Notes: a model not told the origin generated them from the letters alone. A stretch of DNA of 47,793 nt from Octopus sinensis (GCF_006345805.1 NW_021834554.1:1-47793); one strand, 5' to 3'. Positions 24,498-37,185 are shown, numbered from the stretch's first letter. Program-made: numbers and translations.

Positions 24498-24840
24498 TCT
24501 TTTATTCTGTTATTCTTTCATTTTTTTCAGTCATTTGACTGTGGCCATGCTGGGGCACCACCTTTAGTCGAACAAATCAACCCAAGGACTCATTCTATCA
24601 GTCTCTTTGGCCAAACCGCTAAGTTACAGGGACATAAACACACCAACTTCAGTTGTGGGGGACAAAATAGACACACAAATACTCACACATACACACACAC
24701 ACATACAATCCCCTCACAAGGCTTTGGTCAGCCCGAGGCAATAGTATAGAAAACACTTGCCCAAGGTGTCATGCAGTGGGACTGAACCCGGAACCATGTT
24801 GTTGGTAAGCAGGCTACTTACCACGCACCCACTTCTACAG
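24498..24840 (-). mobile_element. SINE family C, internally deleted tandem neighbour
   Basis: Shares an identical 38-bp tail tttattctgttattctttcatttttttcagtcatttga with the previous copy. Confidence 0.85.
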
Positions 24841-24843
24841 CTA

Positions 24844-24877
<34 letters not shown>

Positions 24878-24878
24878 T

Positions 24879-24904
<26 letters not shown>

Positions 24905-24909
<5 letters not shown>

Positions 24910-25028
24910 ACGAAAATAACAAAAGACGAAGACAGGTGGTGTACAAAACAAACAGAATTATTTGTATAATGCTCAGGAAATTAAAGATGTCTTTTACGTT
25001 TCGAGCCTACGCTCTTCTACAGAAAGGG

Positions 25029-25030
<2 letters not shown>
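24905..25030 (-). mobile_element. ~125-bp hammerhead-bearing mini-element (Penelope pLTR-like)
   Basis: Homologous to 46115-46225; flanked by (GA)n and (TA)n. Confidence 0.7.
24991..25026 (-). ncRNA. Minimal type I hammerhead ribozyme-like motif (A6U variant)
   Basis: cttt|CTGtAGA|a|gagc-gtag-gctc|GAAA|c-g|TA|aaag: stem I cttt/aaag, stem II gagc/gctc, palindromic ACGT stem III, GUA cleavage triplet. Confidence 0.7.
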
Positions 25031-25083
<53 letters not shown>

Positions 25084-25233
25084 TATAATATATATATATA
25101 TAGATATATATGTATGCATATATATACATATACTCACACCCACCCACACACACACACAAACACAAGAAATATATAGAAAGGAACTAATCATACCAAATGG
25201 CTTAGAGAAATGATAGAACGTAGCTGTACTGAC

Positions 25234-25449
25234 CGGTGTGCCTGAGTTTGGGTTGTAGCCTGGTATGTAGCGAGCGACAGCTGATTCTCCTGTGCCATAT
25301 CTGTTGTTCAGGTCAGGGAAAGGGTTGTTGTAGACGCAGATGGTGGCACTGTCCTCATGCTTCTGACACAGTTCGTACATTATGTTCACAATCTGTTTCT
25401 TCTTGGCGTATTTTGGTTTCTTCTTGTAAAAACTATATTTGTCTTCAAT
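25234..25449 (-). CDS. Internal coding exon (216 nt, phase 0-0) of an unidentified host gene
   Basis: Acceptor ttccttatcaaacag|, donor CCG|gtcagt; open frame IEDKYSFYKKKPKYAKKKQIVNIMYELCQKHEDSATICVYNNPFPDLNNRYGTGESAVARYIPGYNPNSGTP; non-repetitive and GC-richer than its flanks. Confidence 0.85.
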
Positions 25450-25664
25450 CTGTTTGATAAGGAATTGAGATGATTGAGAATAGATTGATACAGAGGAAAT
25501 GTGAAGTGTGTGTGTGTGTGTCTAAGTCTGTATCTGTGCATATACAAGCATACATACATATACATATACATACACACCATACACACACATGTATGTATGT
25601 GTGTATATATATAAATTCAACTTAGAAATACTAAATCAAGTTTGTCACAATATAATATATATAA

Positions 25665-25900
25665 AAATTAGAAAAAAACACCTTTTATCAATTCAAAATG
25701 AACAATTAAATTACACCATGTAGAAAATTACATATAATAGAAATATTAAAATTAAAATAACAATATATTTAATTAAAATACCAATTATATATGACATTTT
25801 ATTGTTATTTTAATTTTAATATTTCTATTATATGTAATTTTCTAGATGGTGTAATTTAATTGTTCATTTCGAATTGATAAAAGGTGTTTTTTTCTAATTT
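25665..25900. repeat. 100-bp inverted repeat (98/100), 36-bp spacer
   Basis: Arms 25665-25764 and 25801-25900; the arm is homologous to 41740-41830 and 42010-42100. Confidence 0.93.
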
Positions 25901-26343
25901 ATATATATATATATATATATACATACACAATTGAAAAATGGTTGTATACACGTACAGACACATGAATATATATGTATGTATGTATGTGGTGTGTATGTAT
26001 GTATATGTATTTATATATATATATATATATATATAACACACACACAAACTAGACACATACAAATATATGGATATATGTATATGTGTGTGTTTATTGTTTT
26101 TAATATCATCTCCATGCTCAGTGTTATGCTTCAGTGAACAACATTTGTTTTACAAGAATGATCAGCACTCAACTCTTAATCTCCGTGTAGTTCAGGGTGC
26201 ATCGTTTCTGAATAAATGCCCAAATGGTTGCAAAACTTAATTTAAAGGAAACTATTAAATACATGCACACACCTGCACATAATCTCTCTCTCACACACGC
26301 ACACATATGTATATGTGTGTATATATATATATATGTTTATATA

Positions 26344-26399
<56 letters not shown>

Positions 26400-26572
26400 C
26401 ACACACATATATAATATGTAACTATATGTGTATCTATACATATGATATGCATATGCACACATATATGTCAGTGTATTATCATCAATAAGTTTAGCACTAT
26501 ATGTATATATATACTCACACACACTCATATATATACATATATGTATGTGTATATATATATGTGTGTGTGTGT

Positions 26573-26619
<47 letters not shown>

Positions 26620-27049
26620 CACACACACACACATGCGCACACAAACATATATATGTATATATGAAACGAAGGCAAAAAATTAATTATTGATATACAAATT
26701 TTCTGTTTATAAATAAGAACAATATTAAAAAATATGTTTTCATTTTTTTGCTGTGGTTGACGAAACCTTTACAGCTATTTTGCATGGAAACCATTCCTAC
26801 CTCCACCGCCACCGTCTTAATTTTCCTTAGTTTCTTCTTGCAGAACCCATTCAAGGAGAAATATTAGTTTTAGCCAAAGAGAAATTTATATTTCAAAGTT
26901 CAGCAAGCATTACAATTCCTTTCTCTTCTTGTCGTTCTTGCATTTCTTGTCATTTTTTCTAATGTTTCTGCTTTGGTTTTGTCTCCAAAGAGAAAATCGG
27001 TAAATCAGTAAATTGGATAACAATTTACAGGTAACTGGCCTGATAGATA

Positions 27050-27359
27050 GATTATTGTTATTGCTGGGCTTATTATCGTTATCATCATCATCATTATTAT
27101 CATTATTATTATTATCATTATTATTATTATTACTACTACTACTACTACTACCACCATCCTCCTCCTCCACCTCATCATCATCATAATTGTCATTGACATC
27201 ATCATCATCATCATCATCATCATAATAATCATCATGATCATGATCACGATCATCATCATCATCATTATCATCATTGTCATTATCATCATTATCATTATAG
27301 TGTTGTCATCATCATCATCGTCATGATCATTATTATCCTCCTCCTCCTCCTCCTCCTCC

Positions 27360-27396
<37 letters not shown>

Positions 27397-27465
27397 TATC
27401 CTCATCATCACCATTCTCCACCTCCGCCTCCTCCTCCTCATCCTCCTCCTCCTCATCATCATCCC
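27050..27465. repeat. Compound (ATT)/(ACT)/(ATC)/(TCC) trinucleotide tract
   Basis: Directly visible. Confidence 0.95.
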
Positions 27466-27689
27466 ATTGGTGTTCTAGTTGTTGTTGTCGATGTTCTTAT
27501 CGCTGAATTTCTTCTTCTTGTGATATTCATTCAAAATGTCTCTCTTTGTCCTCAACCATTTTTTCAAATGTTCCAACACATTTTGTAAAAATGACATTTT
27601 TTTTTTCTCCGAAATTTTTACTCACAAATTTGTGCCTGCATTTTCACACCCAAGCTATTCTCATTGAGGCATGACTATACTGTAATCAT

Positions 27690-27715
27690 ACACGCGCACA
27701 CACACACACACAACA

Positions 27716-27774
<59 letters not shown>

Positions 27775-28022
27775 TATACACACTCATACACACATGCACA
27801 CACACACATATACACACACGAGCATACATACACACATATACACACACATACACACACACACATACACACACAAACACACACACACATACACACACATACA
27901 CACACACACATATACACACATACACACACATGCACACACACATACACACACATACACACACATACATACACACATACACACACATACATACAAATACACA
28001 CATACACATACACACACACATG
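27690..28022. repeat. (CA)n / catacacaca compound microsatellite
   Basis: Directly visible. Confidence 0.95.
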
Positions 28023-28386
28023 CACAAAAAGGAGAAAAATACAAGCTCAAAAATTTCTGGACAGGAAAAATTCCAAGATGAAAAATTCCAGGTTGAAACT
28101 AAACTTGCAACTGTGAATGGTGTCTTCCACTCTGACAAGAAACCAGCTGTAACGAGTGGAAAAGTCTGACATTGAAATTCGAAAATAATTATGATAGGAA
28201 AAAATGGGAGAAAGGACAGTAGCAAATAACCTCTCATCAGTTAAGCCTCACTGTGGTTTTGACACCTTTTGACAGTACTACTCAGCTTACTGGTGCCATT
28301 AGTGAAAGCTGGTGCTACCAGAGAGACATTATAGAACAAAATGATAAAAGAAAGACCACTGGTACAAAAGTCAAACAAGGAAGGTG

Positions 28387-29758
28387 GACAAGGGTGTAAA
28401 TGAAGTAACGCAAACAGAAATCAGAATGAGGTTCTTCAACTAAAGTGAAAATAGAAAAAAACAACAGATAAGAAAAAGAAATATCTGGCTTGACGGTTGA
28501 GAAAGGAAAGACAGATGAATACAAGAGGTGAAAGTGGGACAAATTATTTAAAGGGTAAAAGTGATAAAAGGCAGGAACTGAGAGAGAAAGAGAGCAAGAG
28601 AAAGGAATAGAGAGAGAGAGAGAGAGAGAGAGCAATAGAAAGGAAGAGAGAGAAAATGTTACTGTTATTACTATACTCTGTAATTTTTGTGAGTTCATGT
28701 CTGGTTTTGCCATTTATGAAGCAGTTCAGAATACACTTCTTATGTACAGGGTGTTTGGGTTATATTTGGCAGTTTACATAAAAGGGAAAGAAAAACACAA
28801 TATCTCATCGAAAAACAAAATTATCTTACAAAATAAAAACATTGTCAACAAGATTATGGCTGGGAGATAAGAGTTTAGTCAAAATAGTCATGTCCAGCTT
28901 CCAGATGCATTCCTAACTGTGTGTCTGAAAAGATCTTGGAAGACTTCCTTGATCTTGGTGACCAACTCTGCTTTTGGTGTTGCAGACAGAGCAGTTGGAG
29001 TCTTTCTTGACCACACTCTACACATAATAATCCATGGGGTTACAGTTGGAAGAATTAGGAGTCCTGAAATTGGAATTAGTGAAGTCAAAGAAATTCTCTG
29101 ACAACCACTTTCGGCTCTTTCCTGAGGCATGGTGAGGGATTGAATCCTGCTGCCACACATATGGCCATCCACCAGCGCCTTCTCTAGCCAGGGTTTGACC
29201 AGTCTTTAGCAATTTTGGATAATCATCTGAATTGAGCGAAAGGCCCTGTTCAAAGATCTGTGGTGTATGACATCACCATCATCAGAGACACACCTAAAGA
29301 CCTTTACAGTTTGGGAGGAACTTGATTTTCATGATTCATGAGACATCTTATAGATTATAGAAGGATCACCTGTGATCCAGGGTGCCATGTAACTGGTCTC
29401 GGCAATATTTTTTTTATTTGAGAAGAACCAGATCATCCTTGGCTAAACAAGATGCCTTAGCTTGTTCAAGAACTTTTTTTGCCATCATCAACTGGTGCTC
29501 CTTGTAACATTTTCTCTCTCTTCCTTTCTATTGCTCTCTTTCTCTCTCAATTTTTCTCCTCCAGTCTATTCTTGCCTTTTATCACTTTTACCCTTTAAAT
29601 AATTTGTCCCAATTACACCTCCTGTATTCATCTGTCTTTCCTTTCTCAACCGTCAAGCCAGACATCTCTTTTTCCTATCTGTTGTTTTTTCTATTTTCAC
29701 TTTAGTTGAAGAACCTCATTCTGATTTCTGTTTGCGTTACTTTGTATACACCCTCGTC
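28387..29758. repeat. ~270-bp inverted repeat pair (arms 28387-28662 and 29504-29758)
   Basis: gacaagggtgtaaatgaagtaacgcaaacag...gagagagaaaatgttac versus the reverse complement of 29504-29758; roughly 90% by eye, with divergence in the GA-rich part. Confidence 0.9.
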
Positions 29759-30254
29759 TTTTCTGAGCATAATAACAATCTACCTGTCAGAATTTGTCCA
29801 TTGTACCACTTGTACGAGTGTTTGCAAAGGTCCTCATTCAGGGCCAGTCTCATGGTGTGGATGCTATCCCCCATCTCTCTCATCAAAGCCTGGATTTTCT
29901 TGCTTGGATCTTTCATCATCTTGTGCCTCTACTATTGGATGAGTTCCAGTCAGAACGCCTGCTTATGTCCCTTTCTGCTGGTCACAGATTGTAGTCTCTG
30001 CTGCAGCTGCCCCTGTCACTTCCCACAGCTTTATAGTATTCACAGAGCATTGGGCAGTAGTCTTGATGCTGGCATTTTGACACCTGTCTTAAATCCTCAT
30101 GATGCAAGAAACTTTCAGTCCTCTACATCAGCTGTTTTGTTTTCAACTTCAACTTTGATCTTTATGCTCTCAATGCCATTGACTTTTCTCCAATATATCA
30201 AGCTATTCCAGATAAAAAGAGACATCAAAAAATCGTCAAATTTAGTTTGAACAC

Positions 30255-30257
<3 letters not shown>
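28747..30257 (-). mobile_element. Near full-length decayed maT (DD37D) transposon
   Basis: N-terminal HTH region (QCSVNTIK..LNEDLCKHSYK..GQILT), WFFS(N)KK, VWQQDSIPHH..NCNPMDYYV (37 residues D-to-D); terminal repeat TA+cagggtgtttggg at 28745-28759; degenerate 5' end near 30257. Confidence 0.88.
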
Positions 30258-30287
<30 letters not shown>

Positions 30288-31004
30288 ATGTGTGCATTCC
30301 CAACTGGTGTGCAAACCAGTTTGGAAGCATTGAACTTGGCAAGGGTTTGCTTGTGTCTCAACATTTCCACTCCATCGACTACTTTGCTTACCACCTCTTG
30401 GTCTTAGGACCTCAGCCCTGGATCTCCACCATCCACCTCCAGAGGAAACATGTGCTTATCTTCTCCCTCTAAACTCATATGCACTTTGGCGTAATGTTCA
30501 CTTTCTTTATACAAAGTAAATTACTGGTAAGATAAATACTTTTAGCTTCTCTGTGAATCATGGACATCGTCTGCTCTGTTTATTACATTTATTGATTTTA
30601 GCAACAATGCTCTAGTTTATTAGTGGAATAGATGCTCTACAGTCATTAAGACTCCATATAAATTTGGATAATAAAGTCAAATTATATTTTCTTCTATTCT
30701 TGAAAGAAACTATAAATTGTGTGAATCTTTTCTTAAAGATGTTTCATCTGAGACCAATACAAATTTTTATTGTTCCATCTACATTGGCAATGTCTATATA
30801 CCAGTTCATTCTAAAGGCATTTGTTGTTTAAAGGACAGTGTCTAGGGGATCTGAGGCTGTAGTGTGGTGGGGATTTACTTAAATTGGTTTTTCCATTGTG
30901 GTTGAAAATTTGGGAACGTTCATATTAGGGAACCCACCATAACTTGCTTTAACAGCATGTCTTTTGAGAATTATATATATATATATATATATTCTTTTTC
31001 TTCT

Positions 31005-31227
31005 TTTATTCTTTTACTTGTTTCAGTCATTTGACTTTGGCCATGCTGGAGTACCACCTTTACTTGAATAAATCGACCCCAGGACTTATTCTTTGTAAGC
31101 CTGGCACTTATTCTATCACTTTCTTTTGCTGAACTGCTAAGTAACGGGCACATAAACACATCAACATTGGTTGTCAAGCAATGGGGAGGGGTGAAACAAA
31201 CACAGACACACAAATACATACATACAC

Positions 31228-31260
<33 letters not shown>

Positions 31261-31430
31261 CAAACACAATGGCATTCATTCAGTTTCTGCCCACCAAATA
31301 CTCTCATAAGGCTTTGGTTGGTCTGAGGCTACAGAAGAAGACACTTGCCCAAGGTGCCATGCAGTGCCACCAAAACAGGAACCATGTGGTTGGGATCCAA
31401 GCTTCTTATTACACAACCACTCCTGCACCG
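31005..31430 (-). mobile_element. SINE family C
   Basis: ttttacttgtttcagtcatttgactttggccatgctggag..gaagacacttgcccaaggtgcc. Confidence 0.88.
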
Positions 31431-31441
31431 ATATATATACA

Positions 31442-31488
<47 letters not shown>

Positions 31489-31669
31489 GTAATCATATCG
31501 AAGGGAAATGGAAATTAATAGAAATTTTCATTTCCAGTGATCTAACATGTAAATATTTAGTCCAAAGACTATGTATTAGTCATAAAATACAGTGTACATT
31601 TAAACACATAAGGAATCCACTCGTGGGATTCATGCTAGAAAGAACAGCTAGCTTCTTAAACCACAAAAG

Positions 31670-32097
31670 GCAAGTGAAATCGAAATCAAAATGAAATTCG
31701 ATGACTGGCATCCGTGCTAGTGGAGTGCTAAGAGTACCATACGAGCGTGATCGTTGCCAGAGCAACAAACTGGCTTCTGTGCCGTCGGCATGTAAAAAGC
31801 ACCATTCGAGCATGATCGTTATCTGCGTCACCTTACTGGCACTTGTGCTGGTGGCACATAAAAAGCACCATTTGAGTGTGGCTGTTGCCAGTATCGCCTA
31901 ACTGGCCCTCATGCTGGGGGCACGTAAAAGCACCCACTACATTCTCGGAGTGGTTGGTGTTAGGAAGGGCATCTGGCAGTAGAAACTCTGCCAGATCAGA
32001 TTGGAGCCTGGTGCAGCCATCTGGTTCACCAGTCCTCAGTCAAATCGTCCAACCCATGCTAGCATGGGAAGCAGACGATGATATTGATGATGATGAT
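31670..32097 (+). mobile_element. RTE 3' region with degenerate VNTR units
   Basis: aaatcgaaatcaaaatg..gcatgtaaaaagcaccattcgagc..gttaggaagggcatc..gatgatgat. Confidence 0.87.
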
Positions 32098-32138
32098 ATA
32101 TATACATATATAAATATAAATATGCATGTGGAAATATT

Positions 32139-32182
<44 letters not shown>

Positions 32183-32212
32183 GATATATATATATATATA
32201 TATATATTCAAT

Positions 32213-32263
<51 letters not shown>

Positions 32264-32899
32264 TATATATATATTATATATTCATATATATATGTATATA
32301 TAATATATACATGCACACATACACACACACACATATATACATATACACATACATGCATAAACTCATTGAAAATCTTGTATGAGGTAACAAGAAATATTGC
32401 ATTCGTAAAACATGGTTTTGATATTGTTTTCTTATTTCTTTAAATTTTGTCCACAAAATATCGTTTTTCATGCATTGAATGATGTTTAGAAAATTAACCC
32501 TCTTTGTCAAGCTCTGAAGGCCAACTGGAAACATCGAACATTCGAACCTCTTGCTAAACATTGTCTTTGATTTTTTTGGTCTATTCTGCTAATCTTTCAT
32601 TAATACAATGCTTCCAGATACCGTGTATTAGATTTTAAATATGTATTACACGAAGCCAGCTGATCTGAAATTTGCTTTTATTTAACTGACTATTTTTTTT
32701 TTATATTCATGCAAAAAGAGAGAAAAAAGAGCTGGAACATTTGATTTAGCTGTGAAAATTACTCAACTAACAGGCAGTTGGCAACAATGTCGAAGAATGC
32801 TGATTTGACAGGTGGAAAGTTTGGCAAACTGCTGCTGCTACTAGAATTGAGATTTTGAAGTTTATTTTAGTCTTTGGGGATGCAACAACATGTGTGCGT

Positions 32900-33100
32900 G
32901 TGTGCATCTTTGTGTGTGTTTGCTTCCCACCAATCACCGCTTGGCAACCGGTGTTGGTTTGTTTACATGCCTGTAACATAGTGGTTTGGCTAAAGAGATT
33001 GACTGAATAACTACCAGGCTTAGAAAATAGTAAATATTGAGGCCAATTTTTTCAGCTAAGCCTTTCAAGGCAGCATTCCATCATGGTACAGTTTAATGAT
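32900..33100 (+). mobile_element. SINE family C 3' half
   Basis: cgcttggcaaccggtgttggtttgtttac..taccaggctta..cctttcaaggcagcattccatcatgg. Confidence 0.6.
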
Positions 33101-33178
33101 TTGAACACATAAAAGATGAAAGATAGAAGATATATATATATATTATATATATATATATATACCTACATCCATACATAC

Positions 33179-33247
<69 letters not shown>

Positions 33248-33420
33248 CATATATATATATATATTATATATATATATATATCTATTAATTATAGTATGTA
33301 TATATATATATATATATATATATAATTATATATATATATGTATATATATATTTATGTCTGTATGTAGGTATATATATATATATATATATATATGATATAT
33401 CTATAGAATTATATATATAT

Positions 33421-33762
33421 TATTAGTGAATTGAAGAAATGGAGTTGAACGAAGATTGAACAGAAATCGTTTTATTGCATTCTACACGTTTTCGAAAGGC
33501 ACAATTTACCAAATTCCGGTTGAATAAGGAGACCATATTGGCCATGGGCTCTTAGGAGCCTCGTTCGATTTGTTTTGCTCCGCCTCTGTTCTGTTTTTGT
33601 TTTTTCCAACGGATTTCCTATTTCTTGCTGAAGAGAAAGACACAATATGGTCTCCTTATTCAACCGGAATTTGGTAAATTGTGCCTTTCGAACACGTGTA
33701 GAATGCAATAAAACGATTTCTGTTCAATCTTCGTTCAACTCCATTTCTTCAATTCACTAATA
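33421..33762. repeat. 120-bp inverted repeat (119/120), 102-bp spacer
   Basis: Arms 33421-33540 and 33643-33762. Confidence 0.96.
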
Positions 33763-33914
33763 ATATTAAAATTCAATTATCCGCACCAAACGGTTGCAAC
33801 ACCATATGGTTGTACCTCCAACCGTGCTGTCTTCTGCTGTGATTTTTGCTACCAAGGTATCGGTTAAACTTTTGATTAATCTGCAACAAGATTATTCATC
33901 TTTCTATTTCACAA

Positions 33915-34000
<86 letters not shown>

Positions 34001-34009
34001 TATATAAGC

Positions 34010-34227
34010 ACCAACTGATCGTAGCCAATGCAAGTACCCCACTGACTGGCCCCTGTTCTGGTGGCAGATAAAAAGCACCCACAACACTCTCGGAGTGGTT
34101 GGCATTAGGAAGGGCACCCAGCTGTAGAAACATTCCCAGATCAGATTGGAGCCTGGAGCAGTCGCTGGCTTTCCAAATCTCAGTCAAACCATCCAGCCCA
34201 TTACAGCATGGAAAATGGACGTTGAAC

Positions 34228-34266
<39 letters not shown>
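34010..34266 (+). mobile_element. RTE 3' tail fragment
   Basis: aaaagcacccacaacactctcggagtggttggcattaggaagggc..gttgaacgatgatgat. Confidence 0.88.
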
Positions 34267-34267
<1 letters not shown>

Positions 34268-34619
34268 TAAGAGCGTTTATGCTTGAAGCATTGTATGACA
34301 GAAGTAAAGAATGAAAGTAAATAGAAATCAGAGAAGCTTTTAACAATGCAGAAAGTTTTACAAAAAAAAAAAAAACTTTATATTTCGAATGCAATGGCAA
34401 ACATTCAGAAAGAGGAAGTCCAAGAAATATGTATTTACGAAAAACATTTCGTTATTTTATTTTAAACAGCTCAGCATTTGGGTCATCATCAGCAGCATCA
34501 ACTCTCCAACTGTTGGTTGTGGTGACTGTGACCTATTTTCATATGGTGGTGGCAGAAGATGGTGTTGGTGGCGTATGTTATGATGTTGGTTGCAGTCATT
34601 GTGACTTATTGATAGGAGC

Positions 34620-35137
34620 CACCAGGCCATCTCCTGTTGACAATTGACTTTTGGATTGAGGTGATGAATCAATATAATGTCCTTGATACAGAGATTGCCT
34701 ATGCTCCTCTCTGAGACCAGTATGGAGACGTCTGTCTCTTTGGTGGTGTTTCTGCAATTGGTTCAGTGGTTATGAAAGGAAGACACATCAGTAGCGAAAT
34801 GCTCCTTTATTTGGATGTGGAGTGGTAGGACTGCACTACCAAAGTAATAGTTATTGCATTTGGAGCACCATATCTGGCATTCTATGCATGTACATTAGTG
34901 TTGTATATAGGGCAGTTCACTCATGTGCAGGGCTGTTGTTCTGTGTGTGACCATCTTGCTGATAAGTGTTTATGTAGTGATGGTCCTGAATGGGCTGGAT
35001 ATAAATGGTGGAGGTGATCCTCTCATTAAAGTGGGGAATCTTCAAGGTCTTAGAGAGATCCTTCTAGCCATGTTTATTTGGCTTGTGTTTGTGTATGGTG
35101 TTAACCATGGAGGTTGGATATCTGTTGTTCTCAAGTA
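34620..35137 (-). mobile_element. Penelope-like element: linker plus GIY-YIG endonuclease relic
   Basis: LENNRYPTSMV..LKIPHFNE..YGA/QCNNYYFGSAVLPLHIQIKEHF..LCIKDIILIHHLNPK; stops and frameshifts. Confidence 0.8.
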
Positions 35138-35147
35138 CCTTTAAGAA

Positions 35148-35610
35148 CTCGGGTCCAGCCTCTCACACCTGCTCATTATTACTTACTTAGACCAGCTGGA
35201 GCTTCGGGCACTCAGTACTTGTCACCCATGCACCTTCTTCACTATGTATGTGAACAACATCCTCATGCTCATTCCATTCTGAGGACATCTCCATCGTACT
35301 AGAGAAGTTCAGTAAGATGGACCAACATACTAGCTTCACCACTGAACACCCAAACAGTGATGGTTCCTTCCCCTTGCTTGACCTTAAGCTAAACATCATG
35401 GACGAAGGAAAAACTGACATGGCGTTCTTCCAAAAATCATCTTGCTGGGACCTCTTCATCCATTACAAGTCAGCCCTCTCCATCAGGGCTAAGGGAAGCT
35501 ATGTACATGAGTAAATAGCTCAGATACACAAGAGATGCGGTGACAACATTAGTCAGGACACACATGTTGCTCAGTTCCCAGCAAATATCAAACCTAATAA
35601 ATACACTTTT
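35148..35610 (+). mobile_element. Penelope-like reverse transcriptase relic (RT4-RT7, thumb)
   Basis: LGSSLSHLLIITYLDQLE..MYVNNI (decayed YVDD)..FTTEHPNSDGSFPLLDL..FFQKSS..LFIHYKSA. Confidence 0.85.
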
Positions 35611-36383
35611 ACAGGGATTTTTAAAGAAATTTTTTAATATATTTTTCTTAGACTTTGCTTGATGTATCTGTGTATTTCTCTTCATCTTATTTTTCAGAGT
35701 GTATATACCTTATTATTGTTATGATCTTTGGTCTTTACGTGGCACCAGATAGATTATCTTGTACTGGAGACAGGTCAAACAACATTAATGCAGCTATAAA
35801 TTTTTGCCAAATTTTTGCCAAGCTGAAAGTGATTTTAATAATTATACCATTTTTCTTGTTTTGTCAATGTTAGTATAGCCAAGACATATGATCAGCTGTT
35901 TACCTTTATCTAACCACTCCTACTGATTCTGAAACTAAGATATCTTTCTCCGATTTTGCTGGTTTGAATGTAAGTACAATTGATTTCTGCTACTGAGGTA
36001 GTTCAGTGACCTGAAGACATGGCAAGCTTTTTGTATGATGTAATATATGTATAATCAATAATTTGCCTTGCTACTGAGATATATGTATCATAGATTCTAT
36101 GGCTACCGTCCATTCTTTTCTCTTTATTGCATATATTTCTGCATACTATATGTAACATATGTTACTAGAATCAGAATTGTGAAGTACTTGTTATCTTTTC
36201 GAAATTGCTCCAAATTCGTAATGGAAGAATGAGATATTATTAATTGATTAATTAACTAATTGATTTATTAATGTTCCCTCAGAGTATTCTACAAGCCAGT
36301 GACATGCTGGAAGCTACAAAACTATGATCATGATTGATGCGATCCTAATCAACTGATCAACTGATATATATATAATATATATA

Positions 36384-36437
<54 letters not shown>

Positions 36438-37134
36438 ATATATATATATGTAAAGGAAAAGGAACTGTCAGAATTTTGGATTATTTATTTAGCACTTTCA
36501 TCTCTCTTTTTTGAGAGAATCATCATGAATGATTTATTTACAGAATATTCATACCTTTTATATATATGTGAGTTAATTAAAAAAAATCTGGAGCTGAAAT
36601 TAGAAGAGGATGATCTTTTTTTATTCTGAATCTATATGTGTCTGCATATACATGTGTGTGTTTGTATATGCGTGTAAGTATGTGTGTGTGGTGAAGTTTT
36701 TGGAGGCTTGGTTAGGGAGAAAGATTTTTCATCAGAAGATGCTTACCTAGACAAAATATATATATTTAAAAAGTCTATAAATGCATGGGAAATCCCTATT
36801 AAATTGTTCTTATTCTTGTTGCTGAAATAACTGGAAAAATTCACTTAAGCACCACCCACTTCCACATACACGTGCATGCACACACACATGCACTTAAAAC
36901 CCTTCCAAAACAATTTGGTAGGGTCTATTTTCTACAGCTGGATAACATGACAATTGACAAAGAAAATTAACCTCTTGAACTGTCATTAATTTCAACCATC
37001 TCAGAAAAAGACCCCTTTCTTTCTTTCTTTCTTTCTTTCTTTCTGTCCTCTCTCTAACCAAGCCACCAAAAATTCACCATACACACATACTTACAAAAGA
37101 CATAAATACGCACACATATATATACATATAGATT

Positions 37135-37185
<51 letters not shown>

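Noticed and set aside
25234-25330. Resemblance of YNNPF..YG..S...R..P to haem-peroxidase N-termini, or of ARY.P to alpha2-delta/Cache domains
   Set aside because: These are short by-eye similarities with gaps and missing key residues; no name is assigned without a profile search.
34470-34495. CTGATGA downstream of the Penelope GIY-YIG (expected hammerhead position)
   Set aside because: Only the 5' core is present; stem II partner and GAAA are missing. Possibly a decayed remnant, but not supportable.
35655-35873. Hydrophobic 72-aa plus-strand ORF after an acceptor-like tttttcag
   Set aside because: No strong donor, no recognisable homology, and it is on the strand opposite the supported exons.
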